A stretch of 64,000 bases of DNA from Candidatus Poseidoniales archaeon (GCA_038146705.1 JAYQSB010000001.1:7166-71165); one strand, 5' to 3'; counted from the stretch's first letter, positions 54,832 to 63,640 are shown. Numbers and translations: made by a program. Notes: generated by a model not told the origin, from the letters alone.

Positions 54832-55848
54832 ATGGTCTACGCGAGTTTCATGGTCGAGATTCGGTTTCACGATATTTCCGCAGCTTCGAAAGAAGCAGGA
54901 ATCGAATCGCTTGGTCTTGCCGGCGAAGCAACCGATGGTGACCATGTGGCATGGTTAGACATCATGCAACCAGATGAGTCGATTCGAGAATTTCTCCTCA
55001 GCCTTGAGATTGATGAGTTGATTATTGAGGATATTTTTGGCCACGCTGATACCACCGCCCTCAAATTCAGCAATCATCGATATATCGTCATCAATGCAAG
55101 GGATGCGGATAATCGACTTGATACAGAACCGCTCGCGATTGTGCTGCTAGGCAACCTGCTTGTCACACTTCGCCACTCAGCCATCCCTGCCATCAACGTT
55201 TTTCGAAAGCGTGTTGATGACATACATGACGATGACAAACAACTCGGTGTGGATTTTTTGCTCTACGAGCTTCTTGATGCGGTGGCTGACGATTGGACGC
55301 CTATTCTAGGCCGTTACTCAAGAGACCTTGATGAACTCGAGTTTCAAGTGTTTGACCCGAGCAAAAAATATGATGATTTACTCGAAGGACTCCATGACCT
55401 CAAGAGAAAACTTCGTCAGGCAAACCGGTCAATTGAATCCCTTCACTCCGTCACCATGCGAATGATGAAGCCAGGAGAACGCTTTGTTGCATACAATGTT
55501 CAACAATATTTTAGTGACTTGCACCAACTTTCAATTTCACTATTGAAGCGATGCAATAATTATTCTGCGGGAGCGACGTCATCTCGGGATACATATCTTT
55601 CGAACATCAGCATGCAACTTTCAGAGTCCAATGCACAACTCACTGAAGTCATGACGACGCTCACGATTATTGGTGCCATCATGTTACCACTCACTCTCAT
55701 TGCGGGTATCTTTGGCATGAATAACGATGATTTACCAACAGACACAATTGGTGGATTTTGGGGCGTTATGACATTCATGGCAATATTTGCTATTCTGATG
55801 CTCGTGTACTTTTGGCGAAAAGGTTGGATTGGAAGCCCAAAGCGGTAG
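54832..55848 (+). CDS. corA: Magnesium/cobalt transporter CorA
   Basis: GMN motif in IAGIFGMNNDDLP, followed by the last TM helix. Overall CorA layout. Confidence 0.88.
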   Translation: MVYASFMVEIRFHDISAASKEAGIESLGLAGEATDGDHVAWLDIMQPDESIREFLLSLEIDELIIEDIFGHADTTALKFSNHRYIVINARDADNRLDTEPLAIVLLGNLLVTLRHSAIPAINVFRKRVDDIHDDDKQLGVDFLLYELLDAVADDWTPILGRYSRDLDELEFQVFDPSKKYDDLLEGLHDLKRKLRQANRSIESLHSVTMRMMKPGERFVAYNVQQYFSDLHQLSISLLKRCNNYSAGATSSRDTYLSNISMQLSESNAQLTEVMTTLTIIGAIMLPLTLIAGIFGMNNDDLPTDTIGGFWGVMTFMAIFAILMLVYFWRKGWIGSPKR

Positions 55849-55856
55849 GAACAGAC

Positions 55857-56684
55857 TTAATCTTCTGAACCAATATTCCATGTGTCTGAAATTTCGACAT
55901 CCTTTTGAATTTGAGCATTGATTGTCAATGGCTCCATGGTCGCTCTGGCGTCAACAAGAGCACGTTCCATCAACAAGTATCCTAATTCCTCATGGCTCGT
56001 GGGTAATTCTTCAAATGGAACATCTTTGAAAATACTCTCTGGTTTATGTGCTCCGCTATGATAGATAATGCGGGCTGCATACGCTCCATAAGAGACGAGC
56101 ATCAACACAATGATGAGCAGTACTCCTATGATGGTGATCACACCTATTGTATCTTGAATATGAACCCAAAGCAGCAATGACCACCAACCCGCCATACCAT
56201 ACATCGAACATACGATGAGGTACTCAGGAAGCATCACAAAGCGACCCGTCGGTCCTCGAGCACTGACAATTGCTCTGAAATTATCATCATCAACTGCGGA
56301 ATATATGCCGTGAACCACCAACAAGACATTGAGATGGACAAAGTTCACAATCACGATGACCCCTCCAAAAATCATGGCCCACCATTCGATACTCGAATAC
56401 GGTGTAGCCTCCCAGTAGGTGTCTTTTGATTCTCCAGTCAGTAACCCGAAGAATAAGGATGCATTCATCGCCAAGACCAATGCAGCAGCAATTGTGTGTA
56501 CCTCCCATACAGCCTTGTAACTCTCTTTGAGTGCTTTTCCTGTGGGGTATGCTTCATTGTAGGCGTCTTTCCACATTCGCCGATGGTCGACAGGGTAGAG
56601 CCATTCGATGAATGGAACCAATTTGAAGAAGTTGCGAATTGGCCTTCTCGCCGCATTTGAATACCGAGATTCACTCTTCTCCAT
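55857..56684 (-). CDS. Integral membrane protein, unknown function
   Basis: 275-aa ORF with about five hydrophobic helices. No motif recognised. Confidence 0.5.
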   Translation of the reverse strand: MEKSESRYSNAARRPIRNFFKLVPFIEWLYPVDHRRMWKDAYNEAYPTGKALKESYKAVWEVHTIAAALVLAMNASLFFGLLTGESKDTYWEATPYSSIEWWAMIFGGVIVIVNFVHLNVLLVVHGIYSAVDDDNFRAIVSARGPTGRFVMLPEYLIVCSMYGMAGWWSLLLWVHIQDTIGVITIIGVLLIIVLMLVSYGAYAARIIYHSGAHKPESIFKDVPFEELPTSHEELGYLLMERALVDARATMEPLTINAQIQKDVEISDTWNIGSED

Positions 56685-56772
56685 AGTTCATCATGTTCAA
56701 TTCGCTTCTCAATTCTTGTGGTGCCAAAACAGTTCATCGGTGAATTGAAGATGTAAAGGACGATGGTGGAGC

Positions 56773-57141
56773 ATGAAGAAAACACGTATCGAACTTGACG
56801 GAGCAGTGACGTATGGACCATATTCTCCTGGCATATTATCGGGGCCAATGGTGTGGTTGAGTGGTCAAATTGCACCGGATGCCGGCGATTTCAAAGCCCA
56901 AGTTCAAGCCACATTGGATAAAATCGATGCACTTCTTGCTGCCGCAGGAACCAGTAAGCATCATGCAACCTTTGTTCAAGTCTTACTCGATGACATCAAT
57001 GATTTCGCAGCCCTCAACGAGGTGTATTCGAAATGGCTCGATGGCGTGGCAATCCCTCCTGCACGGGCGGCATTCGAAGCGGGTGCATTACCGGCTCAGG
57101 CTTTGGTCGAAATTGTTGTTCAAGCAGTAAAACAAGAGTGA
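56773..57141 (+). CDS. ridA: RidA/YjgF/TdcF-family reactive intermediate deaminase
   Basis: GPYSPGILSGPMVWLSGQIA ... PARAAFEAGALPAQALVEIVVQA. Confidence 0.88.
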   Translation: MKKTRIELDGAVTYGPYSPGILSGPMVWLSGQIAPDAGDFKAQVQATLDKIDALLAAAGTSKHHATFVQVLLDDINDFAALNEVYSKWLDGVAIPPARAAFEAGALPAQALVEIVVQAVKQE

Positions 57142-57146
57142 ACACT

Positions 57147-57332
57147 ATGCCCGGCTCACCGTACATGGAAGAAATTCCCAAAGGTTTGCTCACATGGCCT
57201 CGGCTCTTGTCAAGGTTCATCCCAATTGCGAGCATCCTTCTTCTCACTGCTTGGTATTTCGATGTCTTTGTTGAAGCAGGCATAGGTCTTCTCATCATTG
57301 GAACGATAACAGCACTGATTCCAAGAACGTGA
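57147..57332 (+). CDS. Small two-TM membrane protein (tentative)
   Basis: ATG lies 5 nt after the ridA stop. Two hydrophobic segments. Falls within ORF-track frame 57033..57332. Confidence 0.35.
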   Translation: MPGSPYMEEIPKGLLTWPRLLSRFIPIASILLLTAWYFDVFVEAGIGLLIIGTITALIPRT

Positions 57333-57381
57333 CCATTCATCTATCCGACATACTCATTATGATGACGTGCGAGGGGACAAC

Positions 57382-58815
57382 ATGACAAGTGATTGGCCAG
57401 AACATTGTTTCAAGGCCTACGACATTCGTGGTCATGCGTACGGTGATGGCTCAGGCGATCTCACACCTGAATTCGCCTACCGCTTAGGCCGCTCGATTGC
57501 GACATATCTTTCTTGCACGACCTTGGCCGTCGGCCGAGATATTCGAGAATCCTCACCGGCCCTCGCCCGTGAATTAATACGGGGACTCACCGAATCTGGC
57601 GTCGATGTTCTCGACCTCGGCATCGTATCAACAGGCGTGGTGTACCATGCATGTTGGACACTTCCTGTTGATGGTGGCATTATGGTCACAGCAAGTCACT
57701 TGCCCATGCCCACACACAACGGCTTCAAGATGTGCAAAGGCACACTTCCGCTTGCAGGTGAGGAAATTCAAGAACTCAAAGAGGTCTTTTTAGCTGGAGA
57801 ATTTATTGATGGCGACGGTACATCAAGGGACAGCCCGCACATCGATACATATCTTCAGGCGATTCTGGAATCCGTTGGTGCAATATCGCGACCAGTAAAA
57901 ATCGCTGTTGACTGTGGCAACGCAGTCCCCGGTCCGTCGATGCTCAAGTTACTTCATCTGATGGGTTGCGAAGTGCACGATTTGTATTGCGATTGGGACC
58001 CTAGTGAACCGAATCATGGAGCAGACCCGACACGACCAAAAAACATGGTCGACCTTGCAAATGTGGTGGTTTCAGAAGGTTGTGAATTTGGCATTGGTTG
58101 TGACGGTGATGGCGACCGAATCGGAGCGGTTGATGACCATGGTGAATTCGTCTATCCCGACCGCCTCGTCGCACTCATGGCCGATGATATTCTTCGCAAC
58201 GCTCCGTCATCGAACGAAGAGGAAATGACCGTGATTTATGATGTAAAATGTTCGATGAACGTCGAGAATGCCATCTCAAATGCCGGAGGATATCCTCTCA
58301 TGGCAAGAACAGGTCATTCGTTCATGAAACGAGCGCTTGCAGAACGGCCCAAATGCAAACTCGCTGCTGAGATGAGCGGGCACATTTTCCCAGCCGACCG
58401 GGGCTGGTACGGCTTTGATTGCTCGCTCTACAATACTGCACGACTTATTGAGGTGTGGTCGAGGCAAGAACGAACGGTGTCGTTCGCTTCGGTACTCGAC
58501 CAACTTGCCCCGCCGCTACCAACGACTGGCGAAGTCAAAGTTCCGTGCGATGAAGGCGAGAAAGTGAGGGTGGTCTCCTCAATAACAGAGGCCTTTTCAG
58601 ATTTTGAATCCATCACTGTCGATGGTGTTCGCGTTCGATTTACCGACGCATCAGGTCATCAATACGGCTGGTATCTCGCTCGCCAATCCAACACCGAACC
58701 CGTACTCATTATGCGAATGGAAGCAGAATCGGAGGAACAACTCGAACAAATGAAAGCGATTGCAAAAGAGCGGGTTTCACCACTGATCAACATCGAGAAA
58801 TTGCTCAACGCTTGA
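57382..58815 (+). CDS. Phosphomannomutase/phosphoglucomutase-family phosphohexomutase
   Basis: Active-site loop TASHLPMPTHNGFK, metal loop GCDGDGDR, sugar loop and C-terminal RQSNTEP. ATG at 57382 is preceded by GAGGGG. Confidence 0.88.
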   Translation: MTSDWPEHCFKAYDIRGHAYGDGSGDLTPEFAYRLGRSIATYLSCTTLAVGRDIRESSPALARELIRGLTESGVDVLDLGIVSTGVVYHACWTLPVDGGIMVTASHLPMPTHNGFKMCKGTLPLAGEEIQELKEVFLAGEFIDGDGTSRDSPHIDTYLQAILESVGAISRPVKIAVDCGNAVPGPSMLKLLHLMGCEVHDLYCDWDPSEPNHGADPTRPKNMVDLANVVVSEGCEFGIGCDGDGDRIGAVDDHGEFVYPDRLVALMADDILRNAPSSNEEEMTVIYDVKCSMNVENAISNAGGYPLMARTGHSFMKRALAERPKCKLAAEMSGHIFPADRGWYGFDCSLYNTARLIEVWSRQERTVSFASVLDQLAPPLPTTGEVKVPCDEGEKVRVVSSITEAFSDFESITVDGVRVRFTDASGHQYGWYLARQSNTEPVLIMRMEAESEEQLEQMKAIAKERVSPLINIEKLLNA

Positions 58816-58819
58816 ACAA

Positions 58820-59518
58820 TCACTCGTCTGGAATTTCGATGTATGGCACGATCGTGTAGTCAAAGACCATCAATTCAACGGTGTAGTCGACCGTCTCACC
58901 ACCATCTTCATGATTGCATTGAATTGAACCACCTTCTTGAGAAGCGACTGATATACTCACATCGTGGTCGCCAAGACCTGCTCCCATAGAATCGATTTGG
59001 GATTTGATTTCGTTCATGGAGAGACCTGAGACGACAGCCCCTATCATCGATTCATTGTACCATGTTGCCATTGCATAATGAGAGCCTGAACCCTCGTTAT
59101 TCTGTCCGTCTGCAGAACCTGTGAATTCGAGATGACTTACTGAACCAGTGATTGTGTCAGCAGCAGGATTTCCAGCACCTGGGGCGGCACAACCTAAACC
59201 AGAAGTGGTTTCATCTTCGCCGTACGTCATGCTGATTCTGATGCCGACGATATTAAGTTCTTCAGCGTTGTTAACATCGACTGTGTTGTAGGTCATTGGC
59301 CATGTTTCACCATTTCCGATGAATTCGGAACCAGAATCAAGTTCGATGTAGGTGACTTCGCCATTGACTTGGTAATCGCCCACGCCACCACCGAGTGAAC
59401 CATCGGCTCGGTCGGCTGCAATCGAGAAATAGGTTGGGAAGGCAATAAGGAAAAAAGCGATGCACGCAACGGTAATTTGAGCGTCTCTATTTTCTTTGAG
59501 GTCATCCATCGAATACAT
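58820..59518 (-). CDS. Secreted/membrane-anchored protein, unknown function
   Basis: N-terminal TM ITVACIAFFLIAFPTYFSIAA. Gly/Ser-rich ectodomain. Confidence 0.5.
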   Translation of the reverse strand: MYSMDDLKENRDAQITVACIAFFLIAFPTYFSIAADRADGSLGGGVGDYQVNGEVTYIELDSGSEFIGNGETWPMTYNTVDVNNAEELNIVGIRISMTYGEDETTSGLGCAAPGAGNPAADTITGSVSHLEFTGSADGQNNEGSGSHYAMATWYNESMIGAVVSGLSMNEIKSQIDSMGAGLGDHDVSISVASQEGGSIQCNHEDGGETVDYTVELMVFDYTIVPYIEIPDE

Positions 59519-59572
59519 TGTCGTTCCTCCGCTTCATTTGTGCTAAACCGAACTTGACTGTCATAGTTTCGC

Positions 59573-60178
59573 TTATTCTTCCTCTACAAAAACATCGAAT
59601 GTCGGTACCAATTCTTCTGAAATTGGCCATCCCCTTTTGCCGACGTCAAGGCCAATATTTGCAAATTTTTTCTTCGCCCTTCGCCACACAGGGAGCAAGC
59701 CACCAATCTTCGACCGTTCACCAAAGGTCCACTGCCACGGACAACGGTCACACCTTGATGCCCATAAACGAATGAGGTCTTGATTTGGAGCGTGCTCTAT
59801 GCCTTGTGGCAACGTCCAGGACACGATATTGATCGCTCCTGATGAGCCTCTTGTTTCGGCCCAAGCACAGAGTTCGAGCCCTGCATATGGCCCGGTTGTC
59901 AATTGCAATGTAAGTGTGCGAGTAGCTTGAGCCATCGGCATGATGATTGCAAATCGGTCGACAAGTCGAGATCCTTCAAGACGTCGACACGACCAATTGA
60001 ATTCTTCAGCAATCAATCGCATTGTCTTAATGCTCTGGACAGGACCCACACTAACCTCAAAGTCGTGCGTTCTCCTTCGAACCATGAATGTCCTTTGCCG
60101 ACGTATTTCATCAATACTGTGGCGGAAAGTCTTGCGTCCTTGATTGCCAAAGACTCGAATTGCCGTTGGTTGACTCAT
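59573..60178 (-). CDS. Basic hypothetical protein downstream of the stalk operon
   Basis: 201-aa ORF on the same strand as rpl12. Arg/Trp-rich. No motif recognised. Confidence 0.45.
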   Translation of the reverse strand: MSQPTAIRVFGNQGRKTFRHSIDEIRRQRTFMVRRRTHDFEVSVGPVQSIKTMRLIAEEFNWSCRRLEGSRLVDRFAIIMPMAQATRTLTLQLTTGPYAGLELCAWAETRGSSGAINIVSWTLPQGIEHAPNQDLIRLWASRCDRCPWQWTFGERSKIGGLLPVWRRAKKKFANIGLDVGKRGWPISEELVPTFDVFVEEE

Positions 60179-60286
60179 GCGGTCATCGCCCTTGCTGGGC
60201 GAGGTTTTCCCTTGGACAAGACCAGAGTCAAACTACTCCAGTGCGTCAGCTTGTGCTAACGATCGTTCTGGATGCTTGTTCTGTTC

Positions 60287-60595
60287 TCAGCCGAAGAGCG
60301 AGCCAAGACCTTCGAAGCCGCCGTCGTCGTCATCTTCTTCTTCGGCAGGTGCTTCTTCAGCAGCTGGAGCAGCGTCTCCACCACCGCCTGCAGCAGGAGC
60401 AGCAGCGGCAGCAGGTGCGGCAACAGCCTTGGTCATGGCATCAGCAATGTCAACGCCAGCGAGCGAAGCAACGAGTGCTTTTACTCGAGCAGAATCAACG
60501 TCAACTCCAGCGCCCTTGAGCACCTTTGTCACAGCGTCATCTGTGATTTCTTGTCCGGCAGCGTGTAACAACATAGCAGCATATACATATTCCAT
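60287..60595 (-). CDS. rpl12: 50S ribosomal stalk protein P1 (aL12)
   Basis: MEYVYAAMLLHAAGQEITDD... and C-terminal EEEDDDDGGFEGLGSLFG. Confidence 0.95.
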   Translation of the reverse strand: MEYVYAAMLLHAAGQEITDDAVTKVLKGAGVDVDSARVKALVASLAGVDIADAMTKAVAAPAAAAAPAAGGGGDAAPAAEEAPAEEEDDDDGGFEGLGSLFG

Positions 60596-60623
60596 TTTTT
60601 CACCTCATTATTTTGTTTTTTTT

Positions 60624-61646
60624 TCAACCGAAAAGGTCGCCAAGTCCGCCAAAGCCGGCGTCCTCATCGTCCTCGTCTTCTTCCTCCTCGGCTTCGGTTG
60701 GGGCCTCGGATTCGCTCGTACTGACATCGCTTGCTGCACTGGCGGCTGCTGTTGCAGCGGCACCGAGCATTTCTGCAAGTTCGTCATCGAGTGCGTCTGA
60801 GCCAAGTGCACCAGCAACACCCATGAGGCTTGCATGTGCTCTGGCAATGAAGTGTGGCATGGTTTCAGCGTTGGTAATCTCCGCTTCCATGGCCACAGAG
60901 AAGGCCTCGCCACTTGCTTTCGCAATGAGGGTCGGCACGGTTTGTGGTGTGAACCATCGGATGAAACAGGCGACGTTGAACGCACCTGCAGCGTATCCGA
61001 TGAGGTCTTCACCGAATTGATCGTAATCGATATCGAGTGTTTCTGGTGAGAAAACAACGCCTTCTTCAATCGTTCCGCAAAGTCGAAGACCGGTGATGAT
61101 GGGGTTGATGCCAACTTTTGACAACATCATACCGAGGTCGCCTTCGAATGTTTCTCCGGCGTTGAGTACGGTGGTTGTTTTCTGAATGTGGACAGAGCCT
61201 TGCATGATTTTAGCTGGAATACCAACGGAGTTGAGTTCACCAACAATTGGTCCGGGTTTCATGCCAGTGTCTTGTTTTTCGACAATGATGTCGAAAGGAG
61301 CGACATCCCCAGGCTTTGCTGCACGACCGGCTTCAGTCTTCTTGAGTTCGGTAAAGAGTGCAAATGAGTTGAGATCGCTCGATGATACGAGTGCAGGTTG
61401 TACAGCAGTTTCGTAAAGTGTTTCAAGGTCTGCTTCATCAAAGCCTGCTTTGTCCCAAGCGATTTTCATGAGTCGCTTCTTGGCGACCATAATTTCCATG
61501 TTGTCCCGCAGGTTTGCCCTCATGCCAATCATCGAATCGGCAGGAACACCGTGTATGTCGATGACAGCAATGGTTTCACCGCTGGACAGCAAAGCATGAA
61601 GCTTGTCGACTGTGTCTCGCTTCCAGTTCATGACTTTTGGAATCAC
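60624..61646 (-). CDS. rplP0: 50S ribosomal stalk protein uL10 (P0)
   Basis: N-terminal WKRDTVDKLHALL...VIDIHGVPA and C-terminal EEEEDEDDEDAGFGGLGDLFG. Confidence 0.93.
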   Translation of the reverse strand: MIPKVMNWKRDTVDKLHALLSSGETIAVIDIHGVPADSMIGMRANLRDNMEIMVAKKRLMKIAWDKAGFDEADLETLYETAVQPALVSSSDLNSFALFTELKKTEAGRAAKPGDVAPFDIIVEKQDTGMKPGPIVGELNSVGIPAKIMQGSVHIQKTTTVLNAGETFEGDLGMMLSKVGINPIITGLRLCGTIEEGVVFSPETLDIDYDQFGEDLIGYAAGAFNVACFIRWFTPQTVPTLIAKASGEAFSVAMEAEITNAETMPHFIARAHASLMGVAGALGSDALDDELAEMLGAAATAAASAASDVSTSESEAPTEAEEEEDEDDEDAGFGGLGDLFG

Positions 61647-62287
61647 AAGATCACCTCGAGTTTCTGAGCAGGACCCATGGTGGTTTTGATGTAGACTGAG
61701 CGGATATTACCTGCACCACGTTCAAGTTTTCCGATCACACGGTTGTAGATTTCCATAGCATTTGCAACGAGGTCGTTTTCGCTTTGTTCCACGGTTCCGA
61801 AGGTTGCATGGAATGTCATTTTATCTCCGGATTTGACAACAACAGTCGATTGTAATCCGGTTGCCAAAACACCTGGGTCAAGAGTTGGTGGAACAGGTCG
61901 AGGCATTTTACCTCGTGGACCAAGAACAGTACCAAGATAGCGTCCGATGAGACCCATGTGGGGTACTTCGGACAAAAAGAAATCATGCTGGTTTGCAATG
62001 GTTTTTGCTCGTCCCTTGTTGGAGCCCAAGTCTTCTATTTCTTGGGGTGAAATAACCTTGATGCCAGCATCTTTTGCTTTCGATGCTGCTTCGCCTGTAG
62101 CGAACATAGCAACTTTGATTTCTTTTCCACGGCCAGATGGTAATCGAATTTCTTCTTTGATACGATTGTTTGGATTCTTCAAGTCCACATCTTTGATGGT
62201 GAATGCGATATCAATCGATTCAACGAACTTTCTCTTTGGTGCTGCAGCAAGGGCTGCTTGGATGGCTTGTGTGATATTTTCTTCCAT
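61643..62287 (-). CDS. rpl1: 50S ribosomal protein uL1
   Basis: KRKFVESIDIAFTIKDVD ... LGPRGKMP ... IRSVYIKTTMGP. Confidence 0.93.
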   Translation of the reverse strand: MEENITQAIQAALAAAPKRKFVESIDIAFTIKDVDLKNPNNRIKEEIRLPSGRGKEIKVAMFATGEAASKAKDAGIKVISPQEIEDLGSNKGRAKTIANQHDFFLSEVPHMGLIGRYLGTVLGPRGKMPRPVPPTLDPGVLATGLQSTVVVKSGDKMTFHATFGTVEQSENDLVANAMEIYNRVIGKLERGAGNIRSVYIKTTMGPAQKLEVIL

Positions 62288-62291
62288 ATTT

Positions 62292-62300
62292 CCTCACCTC
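62292..62300 (-). promoter_or_regulatory. Shine-Dalgarno site GAGGTGAGG before rpl1
   Basis: The reverse complement of cctcacctc lies 4 nt upstream of the rpl1 ATG at 62287. Confidence 0.6.
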
Positions 62301-62343
62301 TGCGGTCAGCGAGGTGTTCAACCTCTCCCGCAATTCGTGATGC

Positions 62344-62634
62344 TCAATTAAACCGCTCGTCCCATTCTCCTTTTGCAATGATTTCGAGGGCGTCATTGGC
62401 CCAGTGCCCGTCGACCTTTACTCGCATTGAGACGCAAGTTCCGATAACTTCGCGTGTTTGTGCTTTGAGATCTCGGCCAGTCAAGTGTCCGTCACCTGCT
62501 TTTTGTTGTGCAATTTTCATTGCTTCTTCCAAAGGCAAGTTTTCAGTCGCTGCTTCAATGCTTCCGTTGCACTTCTTCACACCAAGAGATTTCTTGATGA
62601 GTTCTGAAGTCCATGGTTTTGGCATTGAATTCAA
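62344..62634 (-). CDS. rpl11: 50S ribosomal protein uL11, C-terminal (rRNA-binding) domain only
   Basis: PKPWTSELIKKSLGVKK...EVIGTCVSMRVKVDGHWANDALEIIAKGEWDERF aligns by eye with the C-terminal half of archaeal L11 (as I recall it, ...PPTTALIKKELGIE...EVLGTCGSMGVTVEGK...). An in-frame stop lies at 62641..62643. The likely start is the ATG at 62625, preceded by GAGGAG. The N-terminal domain is absent. Confidence 0.8.
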   Translation of the reverse strand: MNSMPKPWTSELIKKSLGVKKCNGSIEAATENLPLEEAMKIAQQKAGDGHLTGRDLKAQTREVIGTCVSMRVKVDGHWANDALEIIAKGEWDERFN

Positions 62635-62702
62635 CTCCTCTCATAACCTGAGCAACTTGCCCGACTTGAAACCCCTATTTAATCGCACCGCGCTGCCTAA
62701 TG

Positions 62703-63629
62703 TTAGCCATCAACACGCTCGTAAACACGAACATGGTCACCACGCATACTGATTGTCATAGGAATTGGATTTTCGTACAGGTCAAGACTGACCTCGTTTT
62801 TGGTGTCTTGGACTGAGAGAACACGAGCCTTCTCGCCTTTGAATGCACCAGAAATAATTTCGACAATACATCCAATTTCGATACCGTGAGTCACCGACTT
62901 CGGTTCGAGGTAAGGCAGGATATCCTCGAGTGGTGCTTCGCCAGGTAGAACCGATTTTGCATTCTTGAGCGGTGTTTGATTAACACCTCGTCGAGAAGAG
63001 GGGTCACGGCCACCACTTCGACCGATCAATTTCTCAACGTGGTGAAGTGCACTTGCTTCAACGAAGACATACCCTCGCATTCCTGTTGGGTGGAGAATCG
63101 ACATAATCTCTTCATCGAGGTCTGTAAGCGAACCCGAACCAGTGAGGCGGGCGCCCATTTCGTCAACAACTCGAATTTCGGAGTTGATGGCGGTTTTGAC
63201 GATGTAAAGAAATGAACCGACAGAGCCGTACATTTCCCGAAACAACTTGTCGGAGTTATCCATGTCCAAATTTGAAAAGATACAGGTATACTCCTGAATT
63301 TTACCTGGGTCAACCCATTCAGCGTGGGTGTAAATACCCGCAGGTTCGACATCTTCCGTAGCGGAAACGACGAGAACAGGCACGACATCAACAAGGCTAC
63401 CTGAGTCCATGACTATTCCTCTGTCTGGGCCGTGGCCGTGGTACACGAGTGCCTCGGTTGGAATACCTGTACATTCTGCAACTCGTGTAATGACTTCTTC
63501 TGGGTCTGTGCCTGAACCAGAGCCCCAGACACCATCCCACATGCCAGAGAAGTCGGCAGCTGTGTTGCTGCGCTTCAGCATGAGAAGTTTTTCTTCAAAT
63601 CGTACAAATGCTACAAATGCTTCACTCAT
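62703..63629 (-). CDS. spt5: Transcription elongation factor Spt5 (NusG) with an N-terminal Nudix-like extension of about 130 aa
   Basis: C-terminal half has an NGN domain (FLYIVKTAINSEIRVVDEM...GYVFVEA) and a KOW domain (GCIVEIISGAFKGEKARVLSV). N-terminal half is FVAFVRFEEKLLMLKRSNTAADFSGMWDGVWGSGSGTDPEEVITRVAECTGI. Confidence 0.85.
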   Translation of the reverse strand: MSEAFVAFVRFEEKLLMLKRSNTAADFSGMWDGVWGSGSGTDPEEVITRVAECTGIPTEALVYHGHGPDRGIVMDSGSLVDVVPVLVVSATEDVEPAGIYTHAEWVDPGKIQEYTCIFSNLDMDNSDKLFREMYGSVGSFLYIVKTAINSEIRVVDEMGARLTGSGSLTDLDEEIMSILHPTGMRGYVFVEASALHHVEKLIGRSGGRDPSSRRGVNQTPLKNAKSVLPGEAPLEDILPYLEPKSVTHGIEIGCIVEIISGAFKGEKARVLSVQDTKNEVSLDLYENPIPMTISMRGDHVRVYERVDG

Positions 63630-63633
63630 TTTT

Positions 63634-63640
63634 TCACCTC
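63634..63640 (-). promoter_or_regulatory. Shine-Dalgarno site GAGGTGA before the long Spt5 ORF
   Basis: The reverse complement of tcacctc lies 4 nt upstream of the ATG at 63629 and overlaps the secE stop. Confidence 0.6.

Noticed and set aside
60177-60800. 207-aa plus-strand ORF (Ala/Ser/Pro-rich) across the P1 and P0 genes, together with the minus-strand ORF at 60608..61114.
   Set aside because: These are shadow frames of the Ala- and acid-rich stalk-protein genes, which are unambiguous on the minus strand.
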